This document shows, piece by piece, positions 27,268-41,484 of a stretch of 64,000 nucleotides of DNA. The notes below the pieces were generated by a model. That model did not search any database. It was not told the origin of the DNA and was given only the letters and a program-made list of their open reading frames with translations. Origin of the DNA: Octopus vulgaris (Eukaryota); contig OX597815.1 of the NCBI GenBank assembly GCA_951406725.2, positions 14,446,001 through 14,510,000 on the forward strand, given 5' to 3'. The position numbers and the translations under genes were made by a program. Numbering within the stretch: position 1 is the first letter of the stretch; each line of letters opens with the position of its first letter.

Positions 27268-27622
27268 TTTAAAGAATATATTTATATTTTTAAATATTAT
27301 TTGCGTATGTTTATTAATTAATTATTTTATTATTGTAGTTATTTTTTAACCTGATGAGTGGCTATATTTATATTGAAGTGATTTTACTACTACTGCTAAT
27401 ATTTTTACTATAATCATTTCTTAAATATAGCCACGAAACACGTGTCGTTATTCTACCAAATATATATACGTTTTATTTATTATTTTGCACATTACTTAAT
27501 CATCGGTATATTATTTTTTATCTTATATTTAATATTTCTATTATATGTAATTTTCTAGATGGTGTAATTTAATTGTTCATTTTGAATTGATAAAAGGTGT
27601 TTTTTTCTAATTTATATATATA
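26435..27622. mobile_element. AT-rich fold-back element (~175 bp arms) with hammerhead, Penelope-like
   Basis: 26438-26618 is the reverse complement of 27449-27620; TA runs at both ends. Confidence 0.8.
27347..27450 (+). ncRNA. Type I hammerhead ribozyme with long stem II
   Basis: taac-CTGATGA-GTGGCTATATTTA...TAAATATAGCCAC-GAAAC-ACGT-GTC-gtta; perfect 13 bp stem II, palindromic stem III, GUC cleavage site at 27444-27446. Confidence 0.88.
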
Positions 27623-28697
27623 AAACGACTGCCGTGTGAAAATTTAGACTGTTGAGTCACTTATATAACTTAAAGGCTAATAAATAATTTTATGAATATG
27701 TGAAGTGGGGTGTCCAGTTGTCTAAATATACCACTCTCGCTATCATTCTACAGAACTATTTAATCATATTCTATATCAATCTGTCTAAAAGTCAATCAAT
27801 TTGATGTTTGCCTGTCTTTTGTCTAGCTATAATTTCCAATTTAATAACTATGTTCAACGTTCGCCCGGTTTTATAACTCATGAAAGAAAACTAAAAAATA
27901 AAAGTTCAAAAATCTTTCTCCCCGTGGTTTTACTTCTATAAATTTCACTGCGATTCATACAGGAATTTATTAAAATCAAACTCTATGAGAACATGCAGTC
28001 GACAAAGACAAGTGAGAAAGCAAAATTATTTAAGTATTCACGAGCTAATGGCTGAAACAAAAAGTTACAAAGTTTTTATTATCGATTTTATATTTTAAAT
28101 ACAAGTCGTTTGACATTTTAATATATTCTTTCATATCATTTTTCTTCCATCGTAATTATTAACGTTTCAGAAATTTTGATGTCTGTGGACCGCCTCTCGG
28201 TTATAGTATTTTTTATTTTTTTTATTTCAGTATATTTAATTTTAAATATTACATTTTAAATATCAAATAGTTTTATATACATGTATTTTTTTTTCTTTTC
28301 GTATTTTTAATGCTTTTGGGTAGCACTCGTATATGAAGCTTTGAGGGCGGGAAGTTGGCAAGAAATAGAAAAAAAGATCGGTAATGTGTGTGATTAAATG
28401 TCTTACAGTATTTTGTTTCGTTTCATAGAGTTCTGAGTAGAAATCTCACCGGATGTGACTTTAATGAGGAAAGAAGCATTACCCTTATGATATCTAATTA
28501 TTTTCAGATTGAAGACACGATTAGGAGGTTAACAGAAAATTAGACTTTGTTAAAAGTACCAGTGACCAACTGGTGGTACTAAACCGAAGGATGGACGCAG
28601 TGGCATGTTCAGTTCATCGGACTGACTTCCATACTGTTTTCGTCTCTTCAGTTTCTCTCACATTGATCGAAACTATAATGAAGGGTACTTGCTCAAT

Positions 28698-29075
28698 GTT
28701 AAGTTAATTTTTTGGTTCAAAAAGCAAAAAGCAAGGCCATGTAGGGGGATATGGAGTTATGTACAGGGAGGGTGTTCATGCAAAGAGTTCAGGCCATTTC
28801 TGGTCAAGAGAGACTTTGAACCGAGCGGCATCTTCACTATCTCGTCCGGCAGCTTATTCCACGGATCCGCGACCCGGACGGAGAATGCCCCTCTCCTTCG
28901 ATTGAGATGAAATTGTCGCAGATAGAGCTTTTCGGAGTGACCCCGCAGCCGACGCTCTGGAGCAGGAGTGAAGAACAGCTCTTTCGAGAGGTTACACTTT
29001 CCGCTTATGATGTTGTGAGCAAGAATGAGATCACCACGGCGTCGTCGTTTTTCTAGAGAATAAAGGTCGAGCGTC
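28698..29075 (-). mobile_element. CR1-type LINE 3' end
   Basis: LDLYSLEKRRRRGDLI...RLRGHSEKL...FSVRVADPWNKLP. Confidence 0.9.
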
Positions 29076-29362
29076 GAAGTGAACGTCTTAACTACTTGGA
29101 CATGCTTGCGCATATGAATTATCCCGTGATTTTTTTTTACTCTAATGTCATTTAGAGCAGATAAATTTTATATTTGAACATTCACAAAATATGAACAAGT
29201 ACAAAACGCAACTAATGTATCGATTTTACAAAACAAGTAAACAAATAAATTGATTTTATAATTAATCTTAATTTTTGGTTTCTGAATTTCTTTTAATTTT
29301 ACTACTGAATCATTTTCTATAATTTTCACTCAAGGAGTGCGTGTGTGTGTGAGTGTGAAAGA

Positions 29363-29397
<35 letters not shown>

Positions 29398-29398
29398 C

Positions 29399-29437
<39 letters not shown>

Positions 29438-30016
29438 CGGCAGCAGCAACAACAGCGTCTAAATTAGATGAATAATGACTCAGTGTATGTATACCTTATC
29501 TCAATATACCAACATCTCAATTTCTTAATAACAATGGTATCACCAATGTCAAATAGGTAAGGAGTACTCTAGTGCTGGTTTGAACCGACTATTTCTGTGT
29601 CTCAGCAATGATGCACGATGGCTGCACCAGTTTTAGATGTGTAAGGTTCACACTAACATGGCATATTATCTTGTCGGGATTTTCAGTATAAGATCTAAAT
29701 CTCTACTTCAGATGGCAGTGTTGTGTGGGTACTAAAAACTGTTGTTGCTACTTTAGCCCAAGTTCAATCCTGACCAAAACCGTTCCAACACCTTTTTTCC
29801 GAATATTGTGTATCTAGGACTACTTTATCCAATGAGTCCTTGTGTTCATCACAAGGAGAATTGCAGAAATTAATACAGTTTATACAAATAAAGGAAAACG
29901 TTCTAATTACATTCGAAATATGTTAATAATAGTGGTAATAAGGTCGCCGGCTACAGTTTGATATGTTACAATATAGTACAATGCTTTGCAACACAGTATA
30001 TATATATATAATATAG

Positions 30017-30320
30017 GAGCACTCCGTTGGTTACGACGATGAGGGTCCCAGCTGATACGATCAACGGAACAGCTTGCTCGTGGAATTAACGTGCAAGTGG
30101 CTGAGCATTCCACAGACAGGTGTACCCTTAACGTAGTTCTCGAGGAGATTCAGCGTGACACAGAGTGTGACAAGGCTGGCACTTTGAAATACAGGTACAA
30201 CAGAAACAGGAAGAAAGAGTGAGAGAAAGTTGTGGTGAAAGAGTACAGCAGGGTTCACTACCACCCCCTGCAGGAGCCTTGTGAAGCTTTAGGTGTTTTC
30301 GCTCAATAAACACTCACAAT
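30017..30320 (-). mobile_element. SINE family B, headless
   Basis: Similarity to the body of 2205-2589. Confidence 0.85.
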
Positions 30321-31627
30321 GCAACACAGTATAATGCATTTAAATACAATTAAACATTATATAACGCAGTATAATGTATTACAGTATAGTACAACACTTT
30401 ACAACACAATACATATTACAATGTAGTACAATACATACCAAAACAAAATTTTCGAACCTATTTAAGCAAGCCTTAAAACGGTTTTTCACATAGAAATACG
30501 TAGATAAATCATTCAATGTTTTGTTCTGCTCAAGAGAATAGTTTTATTTCTTCTTTTGTTTTTGTTTCTTGTTATGTTTTTGTTTGTTTTTTTTTGTCAT
30601 CATTCACCGTTCAGACTTTCCCATACAGCCAATGCTAATCTGGTCTGTACCGTTTATATAAATACTGGATTTTCTTATTCCGGAATGGCCGTTCACTTCA
30701 AAAGCTTAAAAGTATGAAATATTTGAAAAAGATACGCCGTCTTCTTTTATCCATTTAATTGGATTGTCTTTTCTAGTTTATCTGCTTCAGCAATCTTCCT
30801 TCGACCTATAAAACCATTGAACCTGATTACTTGCAGCAATAGTTTACATAGTCCGTCCAACTTGATTATGTCTGGAATATTCTATGCTTCACTATATAAG
30901 CTTCATTATCAACGGATGAAGAATGCTGAGAATTCTAGGCGTTCCTTTAAGTGAATAGTCAATAGAAAACGGAAATGAGTTTAGGTAAGTTTGAGAACAT
31001 TCTTTTGAATGAGAAGCAACAATGGATCCTAGTCTTTACCTGTCAAATTAACTATTGTCTGGCAAACTTAGACAAATATACTGTAGCATTCCAATAAACG
31101 TAAAAACGAACCGAAAAATGAGATTATGATTTTGTTTTCGAAATGGCGTCTAAATGCGTAGAAAGATGAATTAGATATTTATTGTCAGTGTTTGTCGAAT
31201 GCAATAGCGTATGGAAGCGAGGAATTAAGTAAATACATATTTCTTTGCACCGTAAATATGAATCAAAATTGTATTTTCTTTTTACTTTAACGACTAAATA
31301 GATAACTGGTACGGGAAAGGTGATCATCAGATATAGAATATGTTGTTTTGTAATTTGAGTGACATTTAGACAATTAATAGTCTAAATCCTCTACTTGGTT
31401 ATAATCTAATCTTGGAACTTAAAACTATAGTAAGTGTCAAATTAGTTTTCTTAATTGGAACGTTGTGATACACCATAAATTCCCAGCCTATACTTCTTCC
31501 GATCAGCTATCGACTCACTTTATTTCGAAATGTAATTCAATGAATAGGAACTGGCGTTCGGATGTCTACTTTTGCAGTTGTCAAACAAATTGGATGTCGT
31601 TTGAATTAATTTCTAAGTGTGTCTTTG

Positions 31628-32011
31628 TGGAGGCGCAATGGCCCAGTGGTTAGGGCAGTGGATTCGCGGTCGTAGGATCGCGGTTTCGATTCCCAGACCG
31701 GGCATTGTGAGTGTTTATTGAGCAAAAACACCTAAAAGCTCCACGAGGCTCCGGCAGGGATGGTGGTGATCCCTGCTGTACTCTTTCACCGCAACTTTCT
31801 CTCACTCTTACTTCCTGTTTCTGTTGTACCTGTATTTCAAAGAGCCGGCCTTGTCACTCTCTGTGTCACGCTGAATATCCCCGAGAACTACGTTAAGGGT
31901 ACACGCGTCTGTGGAGTGCTCAGCCACTTACACGTTAATTTCACGAGCAGGCTGTTCCGTTGATTCGGATCAACCGGAACCCTCGTCGTCGTAACCGACG
32001 GAGTGCTTCCA
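31628..32011 (+). mobile_element. SINE family B
   Basis: Full-length copy with (TCCA)n tail. Confidence 0.9.
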
Positions 32012-32284
32012 TCCATCCATTTTTTTATGATACACATGTTCTCCGTCGCATTTTCTCTAAGCCTCTCCGGAACGAATAAGGTTCCACTTCACTTTGTTGC
32101 TGAGTCTGATAGAATTCTCTGTCAATCTTTCCTCAAACCACATTATACCGTCTTCAGAAAAAAGACACCCTGGATAAGGTGATCCTATATTAAAGCAAAA
32201 GACGTAATAGTCATCGATGGAATGCCCCGGCTGGGGGTGAATTAAAAATAACCAGCCACAAAAACAACAGAAGCAGCAGCAACA

Positions 32285-32480
32285 GTGGAGGCGCAATGGC
32301 CCAGTGGTTAGGGCAGCGGACTTGCGGTCGTAAGAACGCGGTTTCGATTCCCAGAACAGCCATTGTGAGTGTTTATTGAGCAAAAGCACCTGAGCTCCAG
32401 GAGGTTCCGGAAGGTGGGGAGGGTGAACCCCGCTGTACTCTTTCACCACAACTTTCTCTCACTCTTTCTTCCTACTTCTG
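32285..32480 (+). mobile_element. SINE family B, 5' half
   Basis: Head and partial body. Confidence 0.85.
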
Positions 32481-33034
32481 CCACAAAGCAGAGGAACCAT
32501 GGTGTAACACGCTATGGTGTGGTGAACTTTCAGACCCTAGTCTAGATTGTGAATCCTCTGTACCCCAGGATGGTTCAGCTCTCCATCCGTTAAAAACCAC
32601 CGTTTACGGAATGAGGATAACAACGTAGCTTTCGCGCCCGCGCAACCGCCAGTCTATCGCGTGTAGTGGGTGGATCTTCAAGTTGCCACACGCAATTTTA
32701 GTAGCTTAGAGTAGGCTCGAATTAGAGATTATTCTTTGTGACTAATGGTGCGAGTCCTGATTGGAAGACGAAGAAGAAGAAGAAGAAGAAGAAGAAGAAG
32801 AAGAAGAAGAAGAAGAAGAAGAAGAAGAAGAAGAAGAAGAAGAAGAATACAATCTTGCAAATACATTAACTGCTTTATTAAATATAAAGTATAATAGTAA
32901 AACAAACTGTATCAGTTCATGTTTTATTGCTACAAGGGTTTTAAATATCATGGTTAAATATATCATCATCTAAATGATTAATTCAGAAAAAGATCAAGAG
33001 ACACGGCCTTTAAATTTTATATATAATTAATATT

Positions 33035-33640
33035 GGTTTCAAATTTAGGCACACCAACGATTTCGTGAGAGGGGTCAGTCGATTACATTGGTTCCAGTGC
33101 TTATCTGGGACTTATTTTATCAACTTCGAAAGCACGAAAGGCAAAATTCAACCTCGGTGGAATTTGAACTCCGAACGTAAATCCAGGTGAAATGCCTCTA
33201 AGCATTTTATCCAGCGTTCTAACGCCTAAATATATTTACAAGGCGGCGAGCTGGCAGAAACGTTAGCGCGCCGGACGAAATGCCTAGCGGTATTTCGTCT
33301 GTCGTTACGTTCTGAGTTCAAATTCCGCCGAGGTCGACTTTGCCTTTCATCCTCTCGGGGTCGATAAATAAAGTACCAGTTTCGCACTGGGTCGATATAA
33401 TCGACTTAATCCCTTTGTCTGTCCTTGTTTGTCCCCTTTATGTTTAACCCCTTGTGGGTAGTAAAGAAATATATATATATTAACATCGGTTTCAAATTTT
33501 GATACAAATCCTTCGGGAGAAGTATCAGTCGATTACACCGACCCCATTGCTCAACTGGTATTTATTTTATCGGCCGCTAAAGAATTTGAAGCGTATAGAT
33601 TAATACTGGTTTCGAATTTGGGCACAAGGCCAGCAATTCG
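33035..33640. mobile_element. Cluster of SINE family C copies (older minus-strand units plus a young plus-strand copy at 33242-33472)
   Basis: Repeated tttcaaatttt-ggcacaag and gtcgattaca motifs. Confidence 0.8.
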
Positions 33641-33699
33641 ATATTAAAATGAGTTTCATCAATAGCTTTTTAGTTAACAACTCTGGGTATGATTGTTTG

Positions 33700-33919
33700 T
33701 TTACTCTTTTCTCTTTTACTTGTTTCAGTCATTTGATTGCGGCCATGCTGGAGCACCGCCTTTAGTCGAGCAAATCGACCCCGGGACTTATCCTTTCTAA
33801 GCCCAGTACTTATTCTATCGTTCTCTTTTGCCGAACCGCTAAGTGACGGGGACGTAAACACACCAGCATCGGTTGTCAAGCAATGCTAGGGGGACAAACA
33901 CAGACACACAAACACATAT

Positions 33920-33994
<75 letters not shown>

Positions 33995-34160
33995 TACGAC
34001 AGGCTTCTTTCAGTTTCCGTCTACCAAATCCACTCCCAAGGCTTTGATCGGCCCTAGGCTATAGCAGAAGACACTTGCCCAAGATGCCACGCAGTGGGAC
34101 TAAACCCGGAACCATGTGGTTGGTAAGCAAGCTACTTACCACACAGCCACTCCTACGCCT
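33700..34160 (-). mobile_element. SINE family A
   Basis: Near-identical to 1108-1528 with an expanded (TA)n. Confidence 0.9.
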
Positions 34161-34427
34161 TTGTTTTTTTTTCTTTCTTTCTTTCTTCCCATCAGTGAAG
34201 CAAAATCTAATTGCGCCCAACTGCCGAGTATCGGGCTTGTTAGTTGACAGCAGGCAAGATACAGCTTGTAAAAGGTATACCGAATAATAGTTGTCTAGAC
34301 GTTGACTATATAATCCCAAATATTTTTTTTTCTGACTGATTAATTGCTGTTGGATAATCTCTGGCTTTAAATTTTGATTGGATAATTCCTGTTAATAAAT
34401 ATTTACTGGATACTCACGCCTTGCAAA

Positions 34428-34938
34428 TCTATATATATAAAACTGTAGTTGTGTGAGTGTCTGTCTCCTACGATTTAGATTCCTAACTCCTCCCACATTT
34501 TGCGGTGCAGTTTAACCAAATTCGGGTATCTTATAGTCGTGATTAATATCGAGCCCGTCTGGCTATTAGCGCGCGTCTACGATGAGTCTACGATTTTAAA
34601 AATAATTTGACATCATTTTTTATTCCATTTTAATGCATAATTTTTCGTGTGTCGATGGCGGCGGAGTTGGCGTCCATGGTCACACCTGCACCTGTTTGCT
34701 TCTCCCCCTTCTTCCCTCCCTCGTGAAGCTGTGAGGAAGGGAGTTTAAGGAAATCAACGTCGTAATGCGTTGTCAAGGAGACCAGCGTTCTTTTAGAACG
34801 ACTTCATGGCTGGAAGACACCAAAACAGAAATGGCTAAGAAAGCCCGAATTGGCATCTATAAAGGAAGTAACTCTCTAAAAATGCTTATATAGTTATTTC
34901 CCTTACAAACCCGAGCAACGCCGGGCGATACTGCTAGT
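34428..34938 (+). mobile_element. Non-autonomous Helitron
   Basis: 5' TC start, 3' CCCGAGCAACGCCGGG hairpin followed by CTAG. Confidence 0.8.
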
Positions 34939-35183
34939 GTTCACTAAAAAATTACTGCAAATGTTGACTGAATAATCTCAATTAGTAAAGCTTTACTGAA
35001 TACTCGTCGTCGGTAAATGTCTACTAGATAGTTACTGTCTATGGGTGTTGATTGGATAATTCCAATTGATAAATGCTTAATTCCAATTAATAAACGTTTA
35101 CTGAATATTCATTACCTGTAAATGTTCACTAGGTAATTATTGCTTGTAAATACTCACGGTATAATTACTGTCTGTAAATATTA

Positions 35184-35670
35184 GTTTCAAATTTTGGCAC
35201 AAGCCCAGCAATTTCGGGATAGGGGCTAAGTCGATTATATTGACGCCAGTGCTCAACTGGGACTTATTTTATCGACCCTGAAAAAGATGAAAGATGTGCT
35301 AACGATCCTGCCTTACTGTCAGTAAATGTTGATTTCAAATTTTGGCACAAGGCCAGCAATTTCGGGATAGGAGCTAAGTCGATTATATTGACGCCAGTGC
35401 TCAACTGGGACTTATTTTATCGACCCTGAAAAAGATGAAAGATGTGCTAACGATCCTGCTTTACTGTCAGTAAATGTTGATTTCAAATTCTGGCACAAGG
35501 CCGACAGTTTCGGAGTAGGAGCCAAGTCGATTACAACTATCCCAGTGCTCGACTGGTCCTTATTTTAACGACCCCTCGGCGGAATTTCAGTTCAGAACAT
35601 GAGGACGGACAAAATGCTGCCAATCATTTAGGCCGGTGTGCTAACGATTCGGCTGGCTCACCACCTGATT
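35184..35670 (-). repeat. Tandem array (~152 bp period) of SINE C-derived units
   Basis: tttcaaattttggcacaag near 35185, 35333 and 35481. Confidence 0.8.
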
Positions 35671-35754
35671 GTCGGTAAATATTGATAATTATTATCTGTA
35701 CATGTTAATTAGATAATTTTAGCCAGTAGATTAAATACTCCCAACCAGTTTCTT

Positions 35755-35983
35755 TTATTTCTTTTACGTGTTTCAGTCATTTGACTGCGGCCATGCTGGA
35801 GGCACCGGCTTTAGTCGAGTAAATCGACTCCAGGACTTATTATCTTATTATTTGTAAGCCTAGTAATTATTTTATCGGTCTCTTTTGCCGAACTACTAAG
35901 ATACGGGAACATAAACACTCCAGCATCGGTTGTCAAGCGATGGTGGAGGGACAAACAGACATACAAATACATACATACATACA

Positions 35984-36078
<95 letters not shown>

Positions 36079-36210
36079 CACGGGCTTCTTTCAGTTTCCA
36101 TCTACCAAATCCACTCACAAGGCTTTGGTCGGCCCGAGGCTGTAGTAGAAGACACTTTCCCGCAGTGGCACGTAATGAGACTGAACACCTGATCGTGTGG
36201 TTGAGAAGTT
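35755..36210 (-). mobile_element. SINE family A, diverged
   Basis: Similarity to 1108-1528. Confidence 0.85.
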
Positions 36211-36905
36211 ATCAATTTGATAGTTACTGCCCATAAATATTGCCTGGTAAACCAAAATCTAACCTGAAGACGTGGCCTGGATACTTATATCCTGTAAACG
36301 CTAACAAGAAAGACTTTACCTATAAATAGTTATAGAATCGACTTAGCTTGGGTTAGCTATTTAGTGAGAGTCATAAATAAATGAAAGTAAAGATACAACG
36401 CTCGAACATTCAACTGTTGACGTGATATAACTAGATGGTAGCCACTATCAGGATACATACAGACTACAGTAAATATTGTGTTCACCATTTAATTGTTTTT
36501 TTCCTCTTGATACTGTGTAAGATGAAGAAACATCCTGATATCAAATACAGTTTTGCTCATACACCACATAGTCGATTATTGAAAAAAAAAAATTTTTTTT
36601 TCCTGTAAATACAGGAAATTTAATAGCCTTATACAAGTTTCTAAATTAAGGTTTGGTTTTTGCCAATATTTGCGTTGTTTTTTCTCTTTTTCTCTTTTTC
36701 CTTTTACCTTCATTTTTATATTTTTATTTTTATTGTTTTTTTTTTCTTTTCTTTTCGAAAATATTTTTATCTGTTTGGTTAATTCTGTTCAAGTAATGGT
36801 TGTAGTCAAAAGAATCCTTTGAAAATCAGTAGCCAAGTGCAACCTTTAGAAAATTACCAATAGTGTTGAAATAAATTAACAGATCCTATCCTCATACACA
36901 CACAG

Positions 36906-36940
<35 letters not shown>

Positions 36941-37069
36941 CACATATATAAACATACATACAAACAGATCCACTCATCTATATATACATATATATATATA
37001 TACATATATATATATACATATATATACATATATATATATACATATATATATACATATATATATATATAC

Positions 37070-37100
<31 letters not shown>

Positions 37101-37607
37101 CATAGATACATACGTACATATGTACACACATGCATCCTGCATGTATGTTTATGCATGTATACATACATTTATGCATATACGCATTCACACACGTATAAGT
37201 ATATAATAGGTATTTACGAGTAATTTTGACCATATAAACTTGCTTTTCCTTTCTCAGCTCTCTCTCTCTCTTTCTCTTACACACACATACATATAAGTGT
37301 GTATCTATGTGTGTATGCCTATATATTTATATACGTGTATGTGTGTATTCATTTATATATGAATTTATCTGCATACGAATGTGTGAGCGTGTATGTGTGT
37401 TTGCATGTAGGAGATGAGGTAAAAATAAAAGTAGGAATGAAATACATCTCATTTAGATCGCCATCGTTCGTTTGAGTGAGGTCTTATATGAAGTGAAACA
37501 ACTTTCTGAGTAATCCGTAACGATTTCAAATAAAGATTAATTGGAAAGAGAAAAGAGGGGAACGAGAAAGGGGGGGATATAGAATGAGATGAGCAGTAAT
37601 TGAAATG

Positions 37608-38243
<636 letters not shown>

Positions 38244-38424
38244 TGAGAAAAAATTAAGTAGAAGTGAGCAAAATATTTCTTGTCGCTTGTAAAAATTCGA
38301 ATTATTATTGCTGATCTTCAAAGTAAAACTTCCCTTAATATTTTTCTGTACATCAGTTAGATGGGCTGGCAGGAGGCCATTTCTTGTGTGATGTGAAACG
38401 GCTCACACCCTTGTACAGCCATCA

Positions 38425-38500
38425 ACTCCTACGTACATCCATATGCACCTATATATACACTTTCTATACCAACACGCTGACTCAGTTCACGTGACTGGCG
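38425..38500 (-). promoter_or_regulatory. Candidate promoter: E-box, AP-1 site, TATA-like box
   Basis: Minus strand GTCACGTGA, TGAGTCAGC and TATATATAGG within ~50 bp of unique sequence; motif evidence only. Confidence 0.3.
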
Positions 38501-38688
38501 TTGATGTGTTAGTTTTGTAGTGATACCTTCGGTTTGTGTGTATGTACGAGTATGTGTGTATGTGCATGTATGAATATGTGCGTCAGTCTGTTTATGCGTT
38601 GTTTACGAAAGCATCTTTGTGCTTCTAAGCAGATATATGTATGGATGTGTGTGTACGCGTGCGCATGCATATATATATATATATATAT

Positions 38689-38749
<61 letters not shown>

Positions 38750-39039
38750 CATTATTATTATTAATGAATATCGAGGTTTGTATCTCCACAATATTCTATT
38801 TTATAATTATGTAGAGCATATTATAACGACCTATACGTGTTTCCGTTGCAGCGACTACTTACTGTTGCAAGTGCAACCTTGCAATGTTGTCGATGCAGCT
38901 TCATTCAGATTCCATCCATTTGGGGTCATTCTCGAAGTGAACTAATTGAAGTTAGTTAGCGTTCTGTGGGGGTGTTATTATTTATAGGTAAGTACTGCTG
39001 ACCTCAACTTATATATATAAAAACTTAGATAAACTTAGA

Positions 39040-39390
39040 TATGTTTCGACCAATGATTGGTCCAGGCCATGTCTAACTTAATAGCACCACCTGATAGGAT
39101 TATTTGAATCTTGTTTAAGTTCAGTTTTGTTTATGGTCCATTCAAGTAGTGAGTTTTTGTTGGGTGAGTTGTATCCAATTATGGGTGGCTTGTCTGGTAT
39201 TCCTTGAAGGAATCTATCCAGATTCCGTTTAAAGTTGATGGGATCCTGTTCCTGTTAAATAGGGCAGGGCCTGTTGAGGAAAAGAAATTATGTTGTAGTG
39301 TACATGTATGCTGTGATCTTGAATTGGGCAGGGGACGTATGGCCCGCGGTCCCAGTCTTGGATGAACCTTGAAGCTAATGTTCAGGTCAT
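39040..39390 (-). mobile_element. Degenerate CR1-like LINE 3' fragment
   Basis: Minus-strand remnants GPALFN and FKRNLDRFLQGIPDKP. Confidence 0.6.
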
Positions 39391-39395
39391 ACTAC

Positions 39396-39729
39396 TAATA
39401 TAGGATGAAGTTTTTTTACAGAAAAAAATTTCATCAAAAGAGTGGCAGCATATTAAAATACCTTTAAAGGTTAAAATTATAAACAACTTATAAACAAGGG
39501 CAAAAGAAAATTATTTTTATGCCAATATGCTGATAACAGACTTTTAAATCGTCAATTTCCACATATTATTATATACCCGCCACAAGTCTGTTATCAGCAT
39601 ATTGGCTTTGAAATAATTTTCTTTTGCCCTTGTTTATAAGTTGTTTATAATTTTAACCGTAAAGGTATTTTAATATGCTGCCACATTTTTTGATGAAATT
39701 TTTTTCTGTAATAAACTTCATCCTATATT

Positions 39730-39731
<2 letters not shown>
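39396..39731. repeat. Near-perfect palindrome (~147 bp arms, ~40 bp loop) abutting (TA)n
   Basis: taatataggatgaag...gataacagactt pairs with aagtctgttatc...cttcatcctatatta. Confidence 0.9.
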
Positions 39732-39787
<56 letters not shown>

Positions 39788-40014
39788 TTGTGTTGCATAT
39801 TACACGCTTATTATTATTTTTTTTTTGGGGGGGGGTCGATTGCCTCATTGTTCAGTGTGAGAAATTACGCCAGTATACCAAGTTTGAGGAGAAGATAATA
39901 TAGTAGAATGTAGTTAGGGAAGTTGATATGGCTGATATTTCCAGTATGTCGAGGAACGAAGTAGCGGTTCTCCTTTTGGTTTCTTTAACAACTATGTTAG
40001 CCCGATAAAGTAAT

Positions 40015-41205
40015 GGTATGTTGTCAACTTATTGTGACAGTCCCGTGAAAGGGGAGAATGCTACTGTTACTTAGCTCTAGAAACCATCGTTTCCTGTTGG
40101 ACTTGACACATTTCTTGTGTCCTTATGTCTTCAGAATCATTACTCATCATCAGTCTGGAGTAACATGGCTTGCTAGCTGTCGATGCCTATCCGCCTTTGA
40201 AAATATATATATTGTTGAAAAATAGAAATAATAATTTCTGAATCTCTCAGAGAGATTTATGCAGTAGCAGCACGATAAATTGACAATACGTTGTCTTCGT
40301 TAAAATTACGCCCGTAATGAAAAGAAAAGGATTATTAGATTCAATTATTCACTCCTGTTAAGAAAAGCAAGGAAGAAAATTTAGAACCGTAAATCAATCA
40401 AAAATTGATTGAAGAAAGTGGTGGGGAGTGAAGTTTGGTGTTTGGCAATATGGTGAAAACTCTAAACAAGCTTTCACTCTTATCAGAATTCCTCGGAGAA
40501 GTGCAGACTTGTTTTTTTTCCAGTTCCTTGATTACTGGAAAATATAAAGATAGAAATAATACATTTCTAAATTTCTCAGAGAGATTTATGTAGTAGCAGC
40601 ACGATAAAGTGATAGTATGTTGTTAACTTAATGTGATTGTCCCATGAAAGGAAATAATGCTACTGTTATTTAGCCATGCTACTCCGGACTGATGGTGATC
40701 AATGACTCCGAAACTAGTCTCTGATTGCTGGATTTGTTGGGTGGAGGTGCTTATCTCCACTTTGAAAACATAAGGACACAGGAAATGTGTCAAGTCCAAC
40801 AGGAAACGGTGTTTCCTAGGGCTAAATAACACTAGCATTCTTTCCTTTCATGGGACTGTCTCATTAAGTTGACAACATACTATCACATTATCGTGCTGCT
40901 ATTACATAAATCTCTCTGAGAAATTTAGAAATGTATTATTTCTATCTTTATATTTTCCAGTTACCAAAGAACAGGAAAAAAAAGTAGTAAAATTGCACTT
41001 CTCTGAGGAATTTTGATAAGAGTGAAAGCTTGTTTAAAGTTTTCACCATATTGCCAAACACCAAATTTCACTCCTCACCACTTTCCCCAATCAATTTTTG
41101 ATTGATTTACGGTTCTAAATTTTCTTCTTTGCTTTTCTTAACAGCAGTGAATGATCAAATCTAATAATGCTTTTCTCTTCACTACAGGTGTAATTTTAAC
41201 GAAGA
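40015..41205. mobile_element. Complex fold-back element
   Basis: About 40290-40675 pairs with 40820-41205, and 40015-40133 pairs with 40763-40880. Confidence 0.8.
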
Positions 41206-41406
41206 TTCACACGGATCACCCAAATATATTATTGGGTGTTGCAATATAGGGTATGATTTGTGTATTGTTTGAGTTGGTTGTGAAATTTAACTGAAAGTGT
41301 TTTGTGAAGTATGTGCACCATTTTTAGAACTATTTCTGGTTTGTGAGTAATGCTGGAAGTCTGGAATGCAGGAATGTCTTTCTTTAATAGTTACATTATC
41401 TTCTGC

Positions 41407-41484
41407 TTAACAAATGTTCCTAAGTTTAGAATAAGCAGAATACACCGTGCCATTATGGAGGAGTATATGCTTTGTTAGGTCTAA
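41407..41484 (-). CDS. Putative terminal coding exon (LDLTKHILLHNGTVYSAYSKLRNIC*) of an unidentified gene
   Basis: Polypyrimidine tract plus TAG acceptor, phase 0, TAA stop; an alternative acceptor 8 nt upstream is possible. Confidence 0.5.
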   Translation of the reverse strand, partial: LDLTKHILLHNGTVYSAYSKLRNIC

